Below, piece after piece: positions 1-11,399 of a stretch of DNA of 64,000 bases. The position numbers were made by a program, and so were the translations under genes. Position 1 is the first letter of the stretch, and each line of letters opens with the position of its first letter. The stretch comes from Haliotis rubra (lineage: Eukaryota): assembly GCF_003918875.1 (NCBI RefSeq), contig NW_025767455.1:310001-374000 (forward strand), in the 5' to 3' direction. The notes beneath the pieces are model-generated. The model was not told where the DNA came from, ran no database searches, and worked only from the letters and a program-made list of their open reading frames with translations.

Positions 1-62
1 TCAGCAATACTAAAATGTCAGCAGTTATTTGGTCCGCTATTATGGAATATGGTTCCATGTTG

Positions 63-3000
63 TCAGTCTGCGTCAGGAAGACCGCTGCCGGTGCTGATAG
101 ATGGATATAACGCAGGTCGGTAGGTTCCATCCTCGTGCATGTCTTTATGAATTGTCACATCATGTTCCCCGTATGTTGGATTCTGAAACGTAGCATCCTG
201 TTCGACATCCAGATCCACAAAGCGGGCGCTGTGGCGCTGTTTGTACTTCTCCACCACTGGCTCACGGGAGCTTCGAAAGGGGTCCGCCTGAAGGCCAACC
301 ATTGTGAAGTAACGTAAACAATATATTTTACATCTTCAGTCTTGTTCCATTTTGATTTCATTTATTCGTATTCAAAAACCCAGATAAAAATATTACAATT
401 GTCGAATGGTGATACGTTGGCCGCTGTAATCAGTATGCGCCGATGTACCCACAATATGAACGTTGTGGGTAGGTAGACGGCATGTGGGTATTGTACCCAT
501 ACAGATGTTGTACCCGACTTGTAGTCATTGTACACGCCACGCTGACATTGTACCCAACATGGCGGTTGTACCAGCACGTGTATATGCTCCTCGACATTCA
601 AAATACAAAACGTTCACAGGTTTCTAAATATGTCATGTCCACAAACACATTCACTCCACCTACCTTCTGTACCAAATAAAAGCAGCGACGACTACAACGA
701 CGACAAGAACTCCAACTACAATGCCAACTATTAGGCCAACTGGAGTCGCCGACTTGGGCTGGAAGACAGACATACACGAAAGGTTAGTATAACAAAACAC
801 CTCCTACATCGTCCGTTTGGGAACACGTTTTGCGATTTACAACTACAGCTATGTTACACCGTTAGAATTATGTGTGCCAAAAGAGGTACAAAGTGAGACC
901 ATAAATCTAAGTCATACATGATCGCAACCAAGCTGAAACAACGAGGATCTGCCTGACAAACCAATAATCATTATCAATGTACATCAAGGATTCGAACCCA
1001 CGATTATAGGATCATGGGTCGCCAAAGGGACACAATTCTGAACAACACCTGGCCATCTTTACCACATAACCGGGTTACATTAGTTACAAGCATTCATAAT
1101 AGTAGAACTCCTGAAGATGCGGGTTAGAATTGATCTTCAGTACTGACTGACTGAGTTTGGTTTTAGGTCGCTTTTAGCAATATTCCAGCAACATCACGGC
1201 GGGTGATCTTCAGTAATCCATGCTTGTTGTAAGAGGCGACTAACGGGATCGGGTGGTCAAACTTGGTTGACACATGTGACAGTTGCGTTGATCGATGCTC
1301 ATGACGTTGATCACTGGATTGTCTGGTCGAGACTCTATTTATTTACTGACCGCCACCATATAGCTGGAATATTGCGGAGTGCGGCGTAAAACTAAATTCA
1401 CTCACAATAGAAGACAACATCGGACACATACCTCAGGTTTTGACATCCTCAGTTCCTCTACCGATCCTTTGTATACATTGTATGGCATTGAATGTTCCAG
1501 GTAGTCTTTGGACACGGAGAAGGTTGAAGCTGGTGGTGATGTCAATCGCATTGTCACCTCAGTGATCTCCTCTCTGTAAACGAAAACCAGATCAATCTTC
1601 CAGGAAATCTTCTATACCTCAATACCTCATGCTCTGAGGTAGCCATGTATACACTTAAAAATGTATTTAACCAAAAACGTACAAACGCTATCACAACGTT
1701 ACTAGGCTGAAAGGGGCGGTAGGGTTGCCTTGTGGTTCAAGCCTTTGCTCGTCACGCCAAAGCCCTGTTCGATTCCCCAAATGGGTACAAGTTGCGATCC
1801 CCACTTCTGGTGTCAATATAGTGCTGTAATATTGCTAAAAGCAGCGTACAACAATTCTTATTCACACTATACTGCAAACGTATGATACCAATCAACTTAT
1901 TAGAAAAACGAGTGAGTGAGTTTTACGCCGCACTCAGCAATATTCCAGCTATGTGGCGGCGGTTTGTAAATAAACGAGTCTGGACCAGACCATCCAGTGA
2001 TCAACAGCATGAACATCGATCTGCGCAATTGGAAATCGATGACATGTGTCAACCAAGTCAGCGAGCCTGACCACCCAATCCCGTTAGTCGCCTCTTACGA
2101 CAAGCATGGGTTACTGAAGATCAATATTCTAACCCGGATCTTCACGGGTTTCAAAAAACGAGGTTTCACAAAACAATTATACGTTTCTCAAAAGAAGAAT
2201 ATTTCACCTACCCTGCACTGTCATATAGTTGTTTCAGGCTGATAAAAATCTGTATACTTGAAGGATTTACGTTCTGTAGCCTTGAAGCAATATCTGACTG
2301 AAGAGTTGATTTGAGATCAGGAATTATGATCTTCTTGTAGGATACCTTCACGTACACTGTCACGGTTTCTCCTAAAGAGGTAAATAAAATATTTTTATAG
2401 ACATTGTATATAATTATTAATATCTAATTAATTTATTGAACATATTTTATGGTTTTGAGATGTTAATACCATTGAATATACTTTATTACAACCTAACTTT
2501 CTTATTCATGTCAGTGGATACAGGGCGCATTGGATCGTATACAATTATACTGTACACCATTTTCAAGAAAACATGGGATAAAAGATGTGGACAAAGGCTA
2601 AAACTAATGTGTCTAAATAATAATGTGTTTAACATACGCCTTGGAATACCATTAAGCTTCAGTTAAATAGGTTACATAGATCAGACCATTTATAGAGACT
2701 TTGTGTTCTTGTTTTGTCCCAAGAAGTTTTCAACCAGATGAATGTTCTTTAGAGATTAGTTTCGGTTCTTTATTAAAAACTGAAATGTAGAATATTTTTC
2801 ATTTGAAATTAAAATGAGTTAAAATAAGTTTTTGTCGTTGATGCCCATAGGACCTAGTGTCCATGATTTGATTTCAAATGGCAAACTATAATTGATATTG
2901 TTCTCCAGGCGTGTTCATAAAGATTTCACATGATGGCTTCAAGATAAACATGCATAACAGATTCTGGTTAATTTTCACAAATGTTATCACCAGCAATATT

Positions 3001-6000
3001 CACTACAAAAGATTCTGTTTTGGTACAGATAATAATGTAAAATAATCTACACTATAAATAGTATTTTCCACCAAGAGATAGTAGTAGTAGTGAGTAGTAG
3101 TAATGTGCTGCCGTTTATGAAAACTACGTTTAAGTGTTTCATAGTAGAGCCTAATATTTACCATTCTATTATATTAAAAATACCCTTTATGCTGCGCATA
3201 GGTTTTAGACAACCCAAAGGAATCTTGCTCTGTGCATTGTAGACATTCTTAATGCTTTTATACCTTTCATGGATATAGGTAAGAACATTAGACCAGTGGC
3301 TTAATAAGAGTGGTTCTGATAAAATATCTTCATTAAGTATAGTTCTCACTACTGTACCTGTTGTAGGATTCCTTGTTGGCGCTTTTGTTGACGTGGAATG
3401 TTCAGATGAAGATTGTGTGTGATGGACAGAGTGAGTAGATTCTCCGGCAGTACCGGACGTCGATGCAGAGGGTGAAGGCCGACTGGGAGATACAGATTCA
3501 CCTGCACCTGGACTTGTGGACACAATTGAAGTAGATGACCCTCTTGATGTCGTTCTACCAGGTTGGATGCTTGTTGGTGTACGGCTGCTTGTTTGGGGGC
3601 TCATGGGTGTTCCTGAAGACTGCGTTGTAGGAGACGGCTCTCCTGATGTCGCGCTACTATGCTGGGGACTTGTTGCTGTGCGGCTGCTTGTTTGGGGTCT
3701 CATGGGTGTTCCTGATGTTGTGCTTCTATGGAGAGGGTTTGTTGCTGTAGGTCTGCTGGTTTTGGAGGTCATTGGTGTTCCTGAAGATTGCTTTGAAGTG
3801 GATGGCTTGAAGGATGTTGATGTGTGCGAGGTCAGTGAGACAAATGTTGATAACGTTGGCGTTGGTGTCTGAAATGAAAGATCAATTGTTGTTAAAACTT
3901 CGATGTTGTATATTGTTTTTTTTTTTTCACTCAGCACGTGTCCAGCTCAATGACAGCGGTTTGTAAATAGGCGAGTCTGGACCAGACATAACAGTGATTG
4001 GCATCATCGATCTTCAAAATTGGGATGCGATGATCAACCGAATCTGATCACACGATCCCATTAGTCGCCTCTTACGACGATCTAATCTGGAGGTTAATGA
4101 CAATGTGATTGCAGCAGACCGGGATGAAATTACGTATACCTACCTTCTTAGATGTTGAAGTTATCTTTGGTGAGGTTTCGGTGCTTCTTGGCCTTTGGGA
4201 TGTGGTTCCTTTTGTTGATGGAATCGATTTTGGTGTTGTCTTTGCTGAGGTTTCGGTGCTTCTTGGCCTTTGGGATGTGGTTCTTTTGTTGATGAAATCG
4301 ATTTTGGTGTTGTCTTTGTTGAGGTTTCGGTGCTTCTTGGCCTTTTGGGTGTGGTTCTTTTTGTTGATGAAATCGACTTTGGTGTTGTCTTTGTTGAGGT
4401 TTCGGTGCTTTTTGGCCTTTTGGGTGTGGTTCTTTTTGTTGATGAAATCGACTTTGGTGTTGTCTTTGTTGCGGCTTCGGTGCTTCTTGGCCTTTTGGGT
4501 GTGGTTCTTTTTGTTGATGAAATCGACTTTGGTGTTGTCTTTGTTGCGGCTTCGGTGCTTTTTGGCCTTTTGGGTGTGGTTCTTTTTGTTGATGAAATCG
4601 ACTTTGGTGTTGTCTTTGTTGAGGTTTCGGTGCTTTTTGGCCTTTTGGGTGTGGTTCTTTTTGTTGATGAAATCGACTTTGGTGTTGTCTTTGTTGCGGC
4701 TTCGGTGCTTTTCAATTTTTGGGACGTGGTTCGTCTTGTAGATAGTATTATTGGAGATGATATATTAACAGAATGCGCTGTTCCACGAGTGGCCCCAGGC
4801 GTTGTCTTCTGGCCATTAGTGGTTGTGGACTTTACAGTTGTTTGGGCCTTCTTGACTGTTGTTGGTTTCACTGATAATGTCTTCGGCTTATTAGGCGTTA
4901 TCGAAGATGTCTTTGCTGTCGTCGATGTCACAGTGGATGGTTTTTGTGTTGATGTTGATATTCTTTGTTTTGTCGTACCTAAAGAATATAATCCATACAG
5001 CTTCATGACAATACTTGAGAATAAAGTAGAACACACTGCAGCAAATGAAATGCATACACATAATAATAAAATAAATGAGCTAAACTATAGCCATTCACAC
5101 TTGATGTTACGAATCACACAATGGTGTAAGTATCAGGGAATCAAATTTGCAAATTTCAAACAGTATATTCTGATTTTGTATATTTTTACCGTGAATAAAG
5201 AACATTAAATCTGGTTAATTCTCACTTATTAATCTAGTCGATGTAGCGGCTGACGTTGAGGTAGTTGCCTTGATTGTCGACGTTGATAGGAGTAATATTT
5301 CACAGCGTGAACCTGCAATAGTAGAACAGGAATGTAGAAAGCATTATGATGGTAACAGATCAATAGAATTCAGCCAATAACCACTTGAACAGTTCACCGT
5401 TAATAAAGAAAATACCAGACCGATCTGGTGATGGTACAGTACGGTTTTGTATTTTGATATTTCTTTGCTATAGACGTTCGACTCAAAATAAGATTGTCAG
5501 GTAGGAGTTTCAGGAAAGTGAATTGAAATCCACATGGAATGCCTACCCTTAAATCCAGATGTACAGGAACAGGTGACCATTGATCCAGTAAAATGGCATG
5601 TTCCTTGATTCAGACAAGGGTTCTTTGTACATGGGGTGGTCTCACAATGTGTACCATTAAATCCAGATTTACAGGAACAGGTGGCTTTCGATCCAACAAC
5701 ATGACACGTTCCTTGATTCAGACATGGAATCTTAAATGTACAGGTGGGTGCAAGTTCTCACAATGTGTGTTCCGTTAAATCCAGATTTACAGGAACAGGT
5801 GACCTTTGTTCCAGTAAAACGGCACGTTCCTTGATTCTGACATGGATTCTTTGTACACGGGGTGGTCTCACAATGTGTACCGTTATATCCAGATTTACAG
5901 GAACAGGTGGCTATCGATCCAACAACATGACACGTTCCTTGATTCAGACATGGATTCTTTGTACAGGGAGTGGTCTCACAATGTGTACCGTTATATCCAG

Positions 6001-9000
6001 ATTTACAGGAACAGGTGGCTATCGATCCAACAACATGACACGTTCCTTGATTCTGACATGGATTCTTTGTACATGGACTGGTCTCACAATGTGGTCCGTT
6101 AAATCCAGATTTACAGGAACAGGTGACCTTTGTTCCAGTAAAACTGCAAGTTCCATTGTTCTGACATGGATTCTTTGTACAAGGGTTTTTCTCACAATGT
6201 GGTCCGTTAAATCCAGATTTACAGGAGCATGTGACATTTGTTCCAGTAAAACTGCAAGTTCCATGATTCTGACATGGATTCTTTGTACATGGGTGGTCTC
6301 ACAATGTGGTCCGTTAAATCCAGATTTACAGGAACAGGTGACCTTTGATCCAGTAAAACGGCACGTTCCTTGATTCTGACATGGATTCTTTGTACATGGA
6401 GTGGTCTCACAATGTGTACCGTTATATCCAGATTTACAGGAACAGGTGGCTATCGATCCAACAACATGACACGTTCCCTGATTCTGACATGGATTCTTTG
6501 TACAGGGGGTGGTCTCACAATGTGTACCGTTATATCCAGATTTACAGGAACAGGTGGCTATCGATCCAACAACATGACACGTTCCTTCGTTCCGACATGG
6601 ATTCTTTGTACATGGACTGGTCTCACAATGTGTTCCGTTAAATCCAGATTTACAGGAACAGGTGACCTTTGTTCCAGTAAAACTGCAAGTTCCATTGTTC
6701 TGACATGGATTCTTTGTACAAGGGTTTTTCTCACAATGTGTTCCGTTAAATCCAGATTTACAGGAGCATGTGACATTTGTTCCAGTAAAACTGCAAGTTC
6801 CATTGATTCTGACATGGATTCTTTGTACAGGGGGTGGTCTCACAATGTGTACCGTTAAAACCAGATTTACAGGAACAGGTGGTGACCTTTGTTCCTGATT
6901 CTGACATGGATTCTTTGTAATGGGGTGGTCTCACAATGTGGTCCAATCCGTTCCTTGATTCTGACATGGATTCTTTGTACACGGGGTGGCCTCACAATGT
7001 GTACCGTTAAATCCAGATTTACAGGAACATGTTGCTTTCGACCCTACAATATGACATGTTCCTTGATTCTGACATGGAAACTTGGTACAGGGGGCGGTCT
7101 CACAATGTGGTCCGTTAAATCCAGATTTACAGGAACAGGTGACCTTTGATCCAGTAAAACGGCACGTTCCTTGATTCTGACATGGATTCTTTGTACATGG
7201 AGTGGTCTCACAATGTGTACCGTTATATCCAGATTTACAGGAACAGGTGGCTATCGATCCAACAACATGACACGTTCCTTGGTTCTGACATGGATTCTTT
7301 GTACAGGGGGTGGTCTCACAATGTGTACCTTTATATCCAGATTTACAGGAACAGGTGGCTATCGATCCAACAACATGACACGTTCCTTCGTTCCGACATG
7401 GATTCTTTGTACATGGACTGGTCTCACAATGTGGTCCGTTAAATCCAGATTTACAGGAACAGGTGACCTTTGTTCCAGTAAAACTGCAAGTTCCATTGTT
7501 CTGACATGGATTCTTTGTACAAGGGTTTTTCTCACAATATGGTCCGTTAAATCCAGATTTACAGGAGCATGTGACCTTTGTTCCAGTAAAACTGCAAGTT
7601 CCATGGTTCTGACATGGATTCTTTGTACAGGGGGTGGTCTCACAATGTGTACCATTAAAACCAGATTTACAGGAACAGGTGACCTTTGTTCCAGTAAAAC
7701 TGCACGTTCCTTGATTCTGACATGGATTCTTTGTACACGGGGTGGCCTCACAATGTGTACCGTTAAATCCAGATTTACAGGAACAGGTGACCTTTGATCC
7801 AGTAAAACGGCACGTTCCTTGATTCTGACATGGATTCTTTGTACATGGAGTGGTCTCACAATGTGTACCATTAAATCCAGATTTACAGGAGCATGTTGCT
7901 TTCGACCCTACAATATGACATGTTCCTTGATTCTGACATGGATTCTTGATACAGAGGGTGGTGTCACAATGTACACCACTAAATCCAGATGGACAGGAAC
8001 AATTGAATGTTGACCCTACTACGACACACTTTCCTCCGTTGTGGCAGGCAACGTTGTGACACGGTGTTTGTTGGCAGGAACTTCCGGTATAACCTGACAA
8101 ATACATGAAAAGCATGCAGTTCAAGAATATGTCTTGAAAACTTAAATAATGGAAAAATAACGATTTTAACATGCGAGTAGATTTATAGAATTAAACAAAA
8201 TAAGTTCATAGATAGTGTAATGGCTTGTAAAATTATATCTAGTTTTTTCAGTATGTTTTTAAAGGCAAAGACGGAAAGACACTGACAATGCACTATCAAA
8301 CACTCACAGCATTGTACTGGTTTAAAGTCCGGCTTAATGGCAGTAAATATTAAATTCCTAATCTGTAGAAGTTTAATTGTGATGTCACTTCCGGTTCCGA
8401 TGAATCTGCCAATAATCATCATCACGAACCTTTACATTATGTAAGTGGTATTCAACAGTTTGGTTCAGAAGCTTTGTTTTTGATTTGCTAAATGATGCCA
8501 TCACTTCCAGATCTGGATTAGGTTCACTGAGGGCTGGATGATGCCATCGAAGCACAGTATTACAAACACATGTCATGTCGAGCTACGCAATATATTTGTA
8601 CTCAGGTTGCACAGCTTTCCTTAAATTGTCTCATATTTATTTGTATCTATCTATCTATCTATCTATCGTGCAGTTCCAGTGGACAAGCGGTAATACGGTG
8701 ATAAGGTGGAGGAGATGATGATGGTTCTGTTTCATAGACTTCTAAGATTACATTCCGTACAATAACATTGGTTACAGTTTGCGCAGCTCTTAGATCGATT
8801 TGTGGCACAAAGTCTTGTCGAAGGGGAAGCAGCGTGAGATCATGGGAAACACGGATGAGAATGACGTTTGTGAATATTAAATATTTGTCATGGAAGGACT
8901 CTGAAGTATTAATTTACAAATCTCACAATAAAATAAACCTTTAACCTAAACATATAGGGAGACAGGCTTTTAAAGTACAGTTAGTAGTAGGCCATGCACC

Positions 9001-11399
9001 ACAACCAAAAAACAAGTCATGTCTACATTGCTCGGAACAAGATTAGGAGGAGGTTAAAAAAATTGGGTTTAACTTCGCTTTCAAGATTATTGCACTTTCG
9101 TATTGACGTATTTCGTATCCCAATTTATACCTGTGTCACAGTACTAGCCCAAGTCCCACTTCATTATCTGTATCCAACTGAAGCAAATTATGTTGACTCT
9201 GGGACAACCAATAATTATTTTACCCTCAAAACCGACCGTAGGCTGGGTAATAACAAATACCACGTTTAACGTCTTTTATTGTGACGTGGCCGGGATTCGA
9301 ACCACCAACCTTCAGCTCTCAAGGCTGACACTGTATCTGCCAGACCATGGAGATGATGGATGTACAGTAGGACTCATAGATAGTTAACTATAGGGTTAAC
9401 GATGGGAGCAAAATGTTTAGCGCTAAGTAGCCTTACAGTCTGTCTATTGTACCAAACAAATATCACATTTTCACGTTAACAGGCTACACGCGCGTTTCAA
9501 ACTCCGTGAAAGAGATTCCCGGATATAAAACTACACTATCAATCAGGTGTTCAAGAAGTGAGAGGTTTTCTCAATGTTCAACGCAATCAATCAGGATCAA
9601 GTACTGCGTTACTGAGAAACCTTAATGTCGATGGCATATTCAGGACATTAAGTATATCTTCAGTTGGCATGTCTGTCTTTAGTTCAGGTGTAACTTGACT
9701 ATGTGTAACATACCTTTAATGCAGTGTTTTGACCCATCCGGGCCACATGTGTAGTGGTCAGCTGAGCCTGGGTTACACAGGACAGAACAGTTCGGTCCAT
9801 AGTAGTGGGGGTCACAGGTCACAGTGATGGTCAGTGTTAATCTGAAATGTGGAGTCACCCATATTGACATTGCTTGTAGTGGCAGATATTGCATGTACAG
9901 GGTATAAGTCGTTCCTGAACATGTATATCATGATAATTCAAACATAATAGCAAGAGAATATATAGTTCCGATTACTAGTATCTGCCAAAAGAGATTCTAT
10001 CGGGTGTAAAAAGCAAACTAACGAAGAAAATGTTTTGAGTGGATAACATAAAGTTAAAATCCGTGTGAGATGGACCTATTTATATAGATATAGTGTGGGA
10101 TACAGAGCGAGACGAGAACACTCTTAGAGAAAATATTGCTGTAGTCACGCACCTTGCATGGCTGTCGGTAAGCGTGACGTTAGCACCATTGTGAGACGAC
10201 GGTAGAGGGGTCTTCAAGTCATCCAGAGGAAGAGGTGTTGATGACAACCAGTAATCATCACCCACTTTGACCTCAACCTCCGCACCTGTCTGAACAAATA
10301 CAGTTTCTGTTTGATTACGGAGTTCACTGATACACAAGTATAAAGCAGTTTCAACTCGATCACCTTACGTTCCCGTTCTGCTTGTCTTAGTGTAAGTGAG
10401 TAGTATTTTATGCCATTTATATACCCTTGATATCACGGCAGTGGGACACCATAAATATGCTTCACACCTAGGCTTCAGTATGTGCATAAATAAATAAATT
10501 CACTCTTGTCAATATTTAAGTGTTACCTTGTTTCTATCAGAAAAAGTGTTCAAGTTGAGTATTTAAGTTTCATTCGTGGACCACCTTTTTTGTACACTGT
10601 TTACTGTTACTGAGAAAGAATGCATAACATGGTATACTTTAGCTGTAGGTGTAAACGTCATGGGCTAAATAGCTTCAGTATTGACTTTCAGGCGGCACGA
10701 CTAGATCGCTAAATTTACCTGTAACGCAGTAAACGACTTGACGATGGGATTGGCTATCCCGCCGTTAATGCTCGTCCCAAATTTGGCATCCCTCGTGCCC
10801 TTGTACTGGTCACTCGTCTTTGTACAGGAACTGTGACAAAATAATGAGACACCTTCACACTCTCAAAATACGATCGGTTGTTGTCGGTCATAATTGGGAA
10901 GTCGTACATTTACAATTGTCTGTACCTCACGAGAAACGCCTCTTTCTACCATCTTCAGCAACGTCAGTGTATATAGTAAAATATGCGTTAGATGACTTTT
11001 CCTAATGATTGTAGACAATGGCCTAGTAGAACTTCAAGGTTGTTTACCTTCAGATTAGACTTTGATGTGTGGTAAAACAACTTACTCTTTGCCGGACAAC
11101 CCCTTGAAACAGACGGTGAACAGTAGGTCACAGGGATGAGATGAGAACAAGCTTCCTTTGCATCCTGCATCTGATGACCTGTGATACTCCAGCAGATGTA
11201 CAGACACTCTCCCGCTGCCGGTACTGGGCTGTCGGGGAGAGACGTCGACACATGAGACAGCAACACCCAAATTTGCAATTATTGCATGTTTACAAACATG
11301 TTTCTGAAATGAACCTTAACGGCTAAATGGAATCTTGTCACGTACCTCAAAGCAGTTAGCAAACATAAAAACGACCAAAAGGTAGTTCCACTTCCACAT
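63..11399 (-). CDS. Gene 1: membrane-bound Delta-like/mucin hybrid (SP-MNNL/C2-DSL-~24 EGF-mucin-SEA-like?-TM-NPxY tail), ~1700 aa
   Basis: GT-AG exons: 11346-11399 (MWKWNYLLVVFMFANCFE), 11086-11228, 10719-10830, 10153-10289 (MNNL/C2-like), 9714-9841 (DSL), 5547-8093 (EGF array), 5226-5312, 4144-4978, 3358-3868 (mucin), 2212-2371, 1432-1573, 664-758 (TM GLIVGIVVGVLVVVVVVAAFIW), 63-287 (tail). Phases are consistent except for indels in the EGF array, a 1-nt homopolymer loss at ~4284 and a 1-nt discrepancy near 279-282. Confidence 0.85.
664..758 (-). CDS. Gene 1 transmembrane exon
   Basis: ttccag|PKSATPVGLIVGIVVGVLVVVVVVAAFIWYRR|gtaggt: hydrophobic helix followed by basic stop-transfer residues. 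Confidence 0.85.
1110..1405 (+). mobile_element. SINE-like family B copy (CATGCTTGTCGTAAGAGGCGACTAA core)
   Basis: Same sequence recurs at ~1912-2149(-), ~3930-4085(-), ~13660-13895, ~18555-18657(-), ~30995-31168, ~35065-35300 and ~53335-53508. Simple-repeat tail. Confidence 0.75.
1710..1865 (+). mobile_element. tRNA-derived SINE family A, degenerate copy
   Basis: Similar to the full copy at 34796-34965; B-box-like GTTCGATTCC. Confidence 0.7.
1912..2149 (-). mobile_element. SINE-like family B copy
   Basis: Reverse complement of the family at 1110-1405. Confidence 0.75.
4160..4715 (-). repeat. Coding 75-bp mucin VNTR (~7 copies, TKTTPKSISSTKRTTPKRPKSTETS)
   Basis: Units recur at 4232, 4306, 4381, 4456, 4531, 4606 and 4681, inside exon 4144-4978. 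Confidence 0.95.
5547..8093 (-). repeat. Coding tandem array of ~24 EGF-like repeats (108 bp / 36 aa) in one exon
   Basis: Unit TPCTKNPCQNQGTCxxxGSKVTCSCKSGFNGTHCET. Frameshifted or garbled near 5730-5770, ~6290, ~6805 and 6870-6950. Confidence 0.95.
9714..11228 (-). CDS. Gene 1 exons 2-5: Notch-ligand N-terminal (MNNL/C2-like) and DSL domains
   Basis: SGRVSVHLLEY..GC..PCDLLFTVCFK and NPIVKSF match the MNNL pattern. CDPHYYGPNCSVLCNPGSADHYTCGPDGSKHCIKGYTGSSC has DSL cysteine spacing. Confidence 0.85.

Noticed and set aside
3516-5208. Long hydrophobic plus-strand ORFs (3516-3872, 4109-4741, 4270-5208)
   Set aside because: Antisense shadows of the T/K/P-rich mucin exons.
5547-6950. Gene 1 as a pseudogene or programmed frameshifting
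   Set aside because: Indels cluster in tandem repeats and homopolymers with garbled sequence while all unique exons are clean. Consensus error is more likely; reads are needed.
5593-8013. Multiple repetitive ORFs in other frames and strands of the EGF arrays (also 25392-26726, 47736-48207)
   Set aside because: By-products of a 108-bp repeat that lacks stops in some frames.
63-11399. Assigning the symbol Delta/DLL1, JAG or NOTCH
   Set aside because: Degenerate DSL, no Ca-binding EGFs, no VWC/LNR/ankyrin and a foreign tail; orthology is unsupported.
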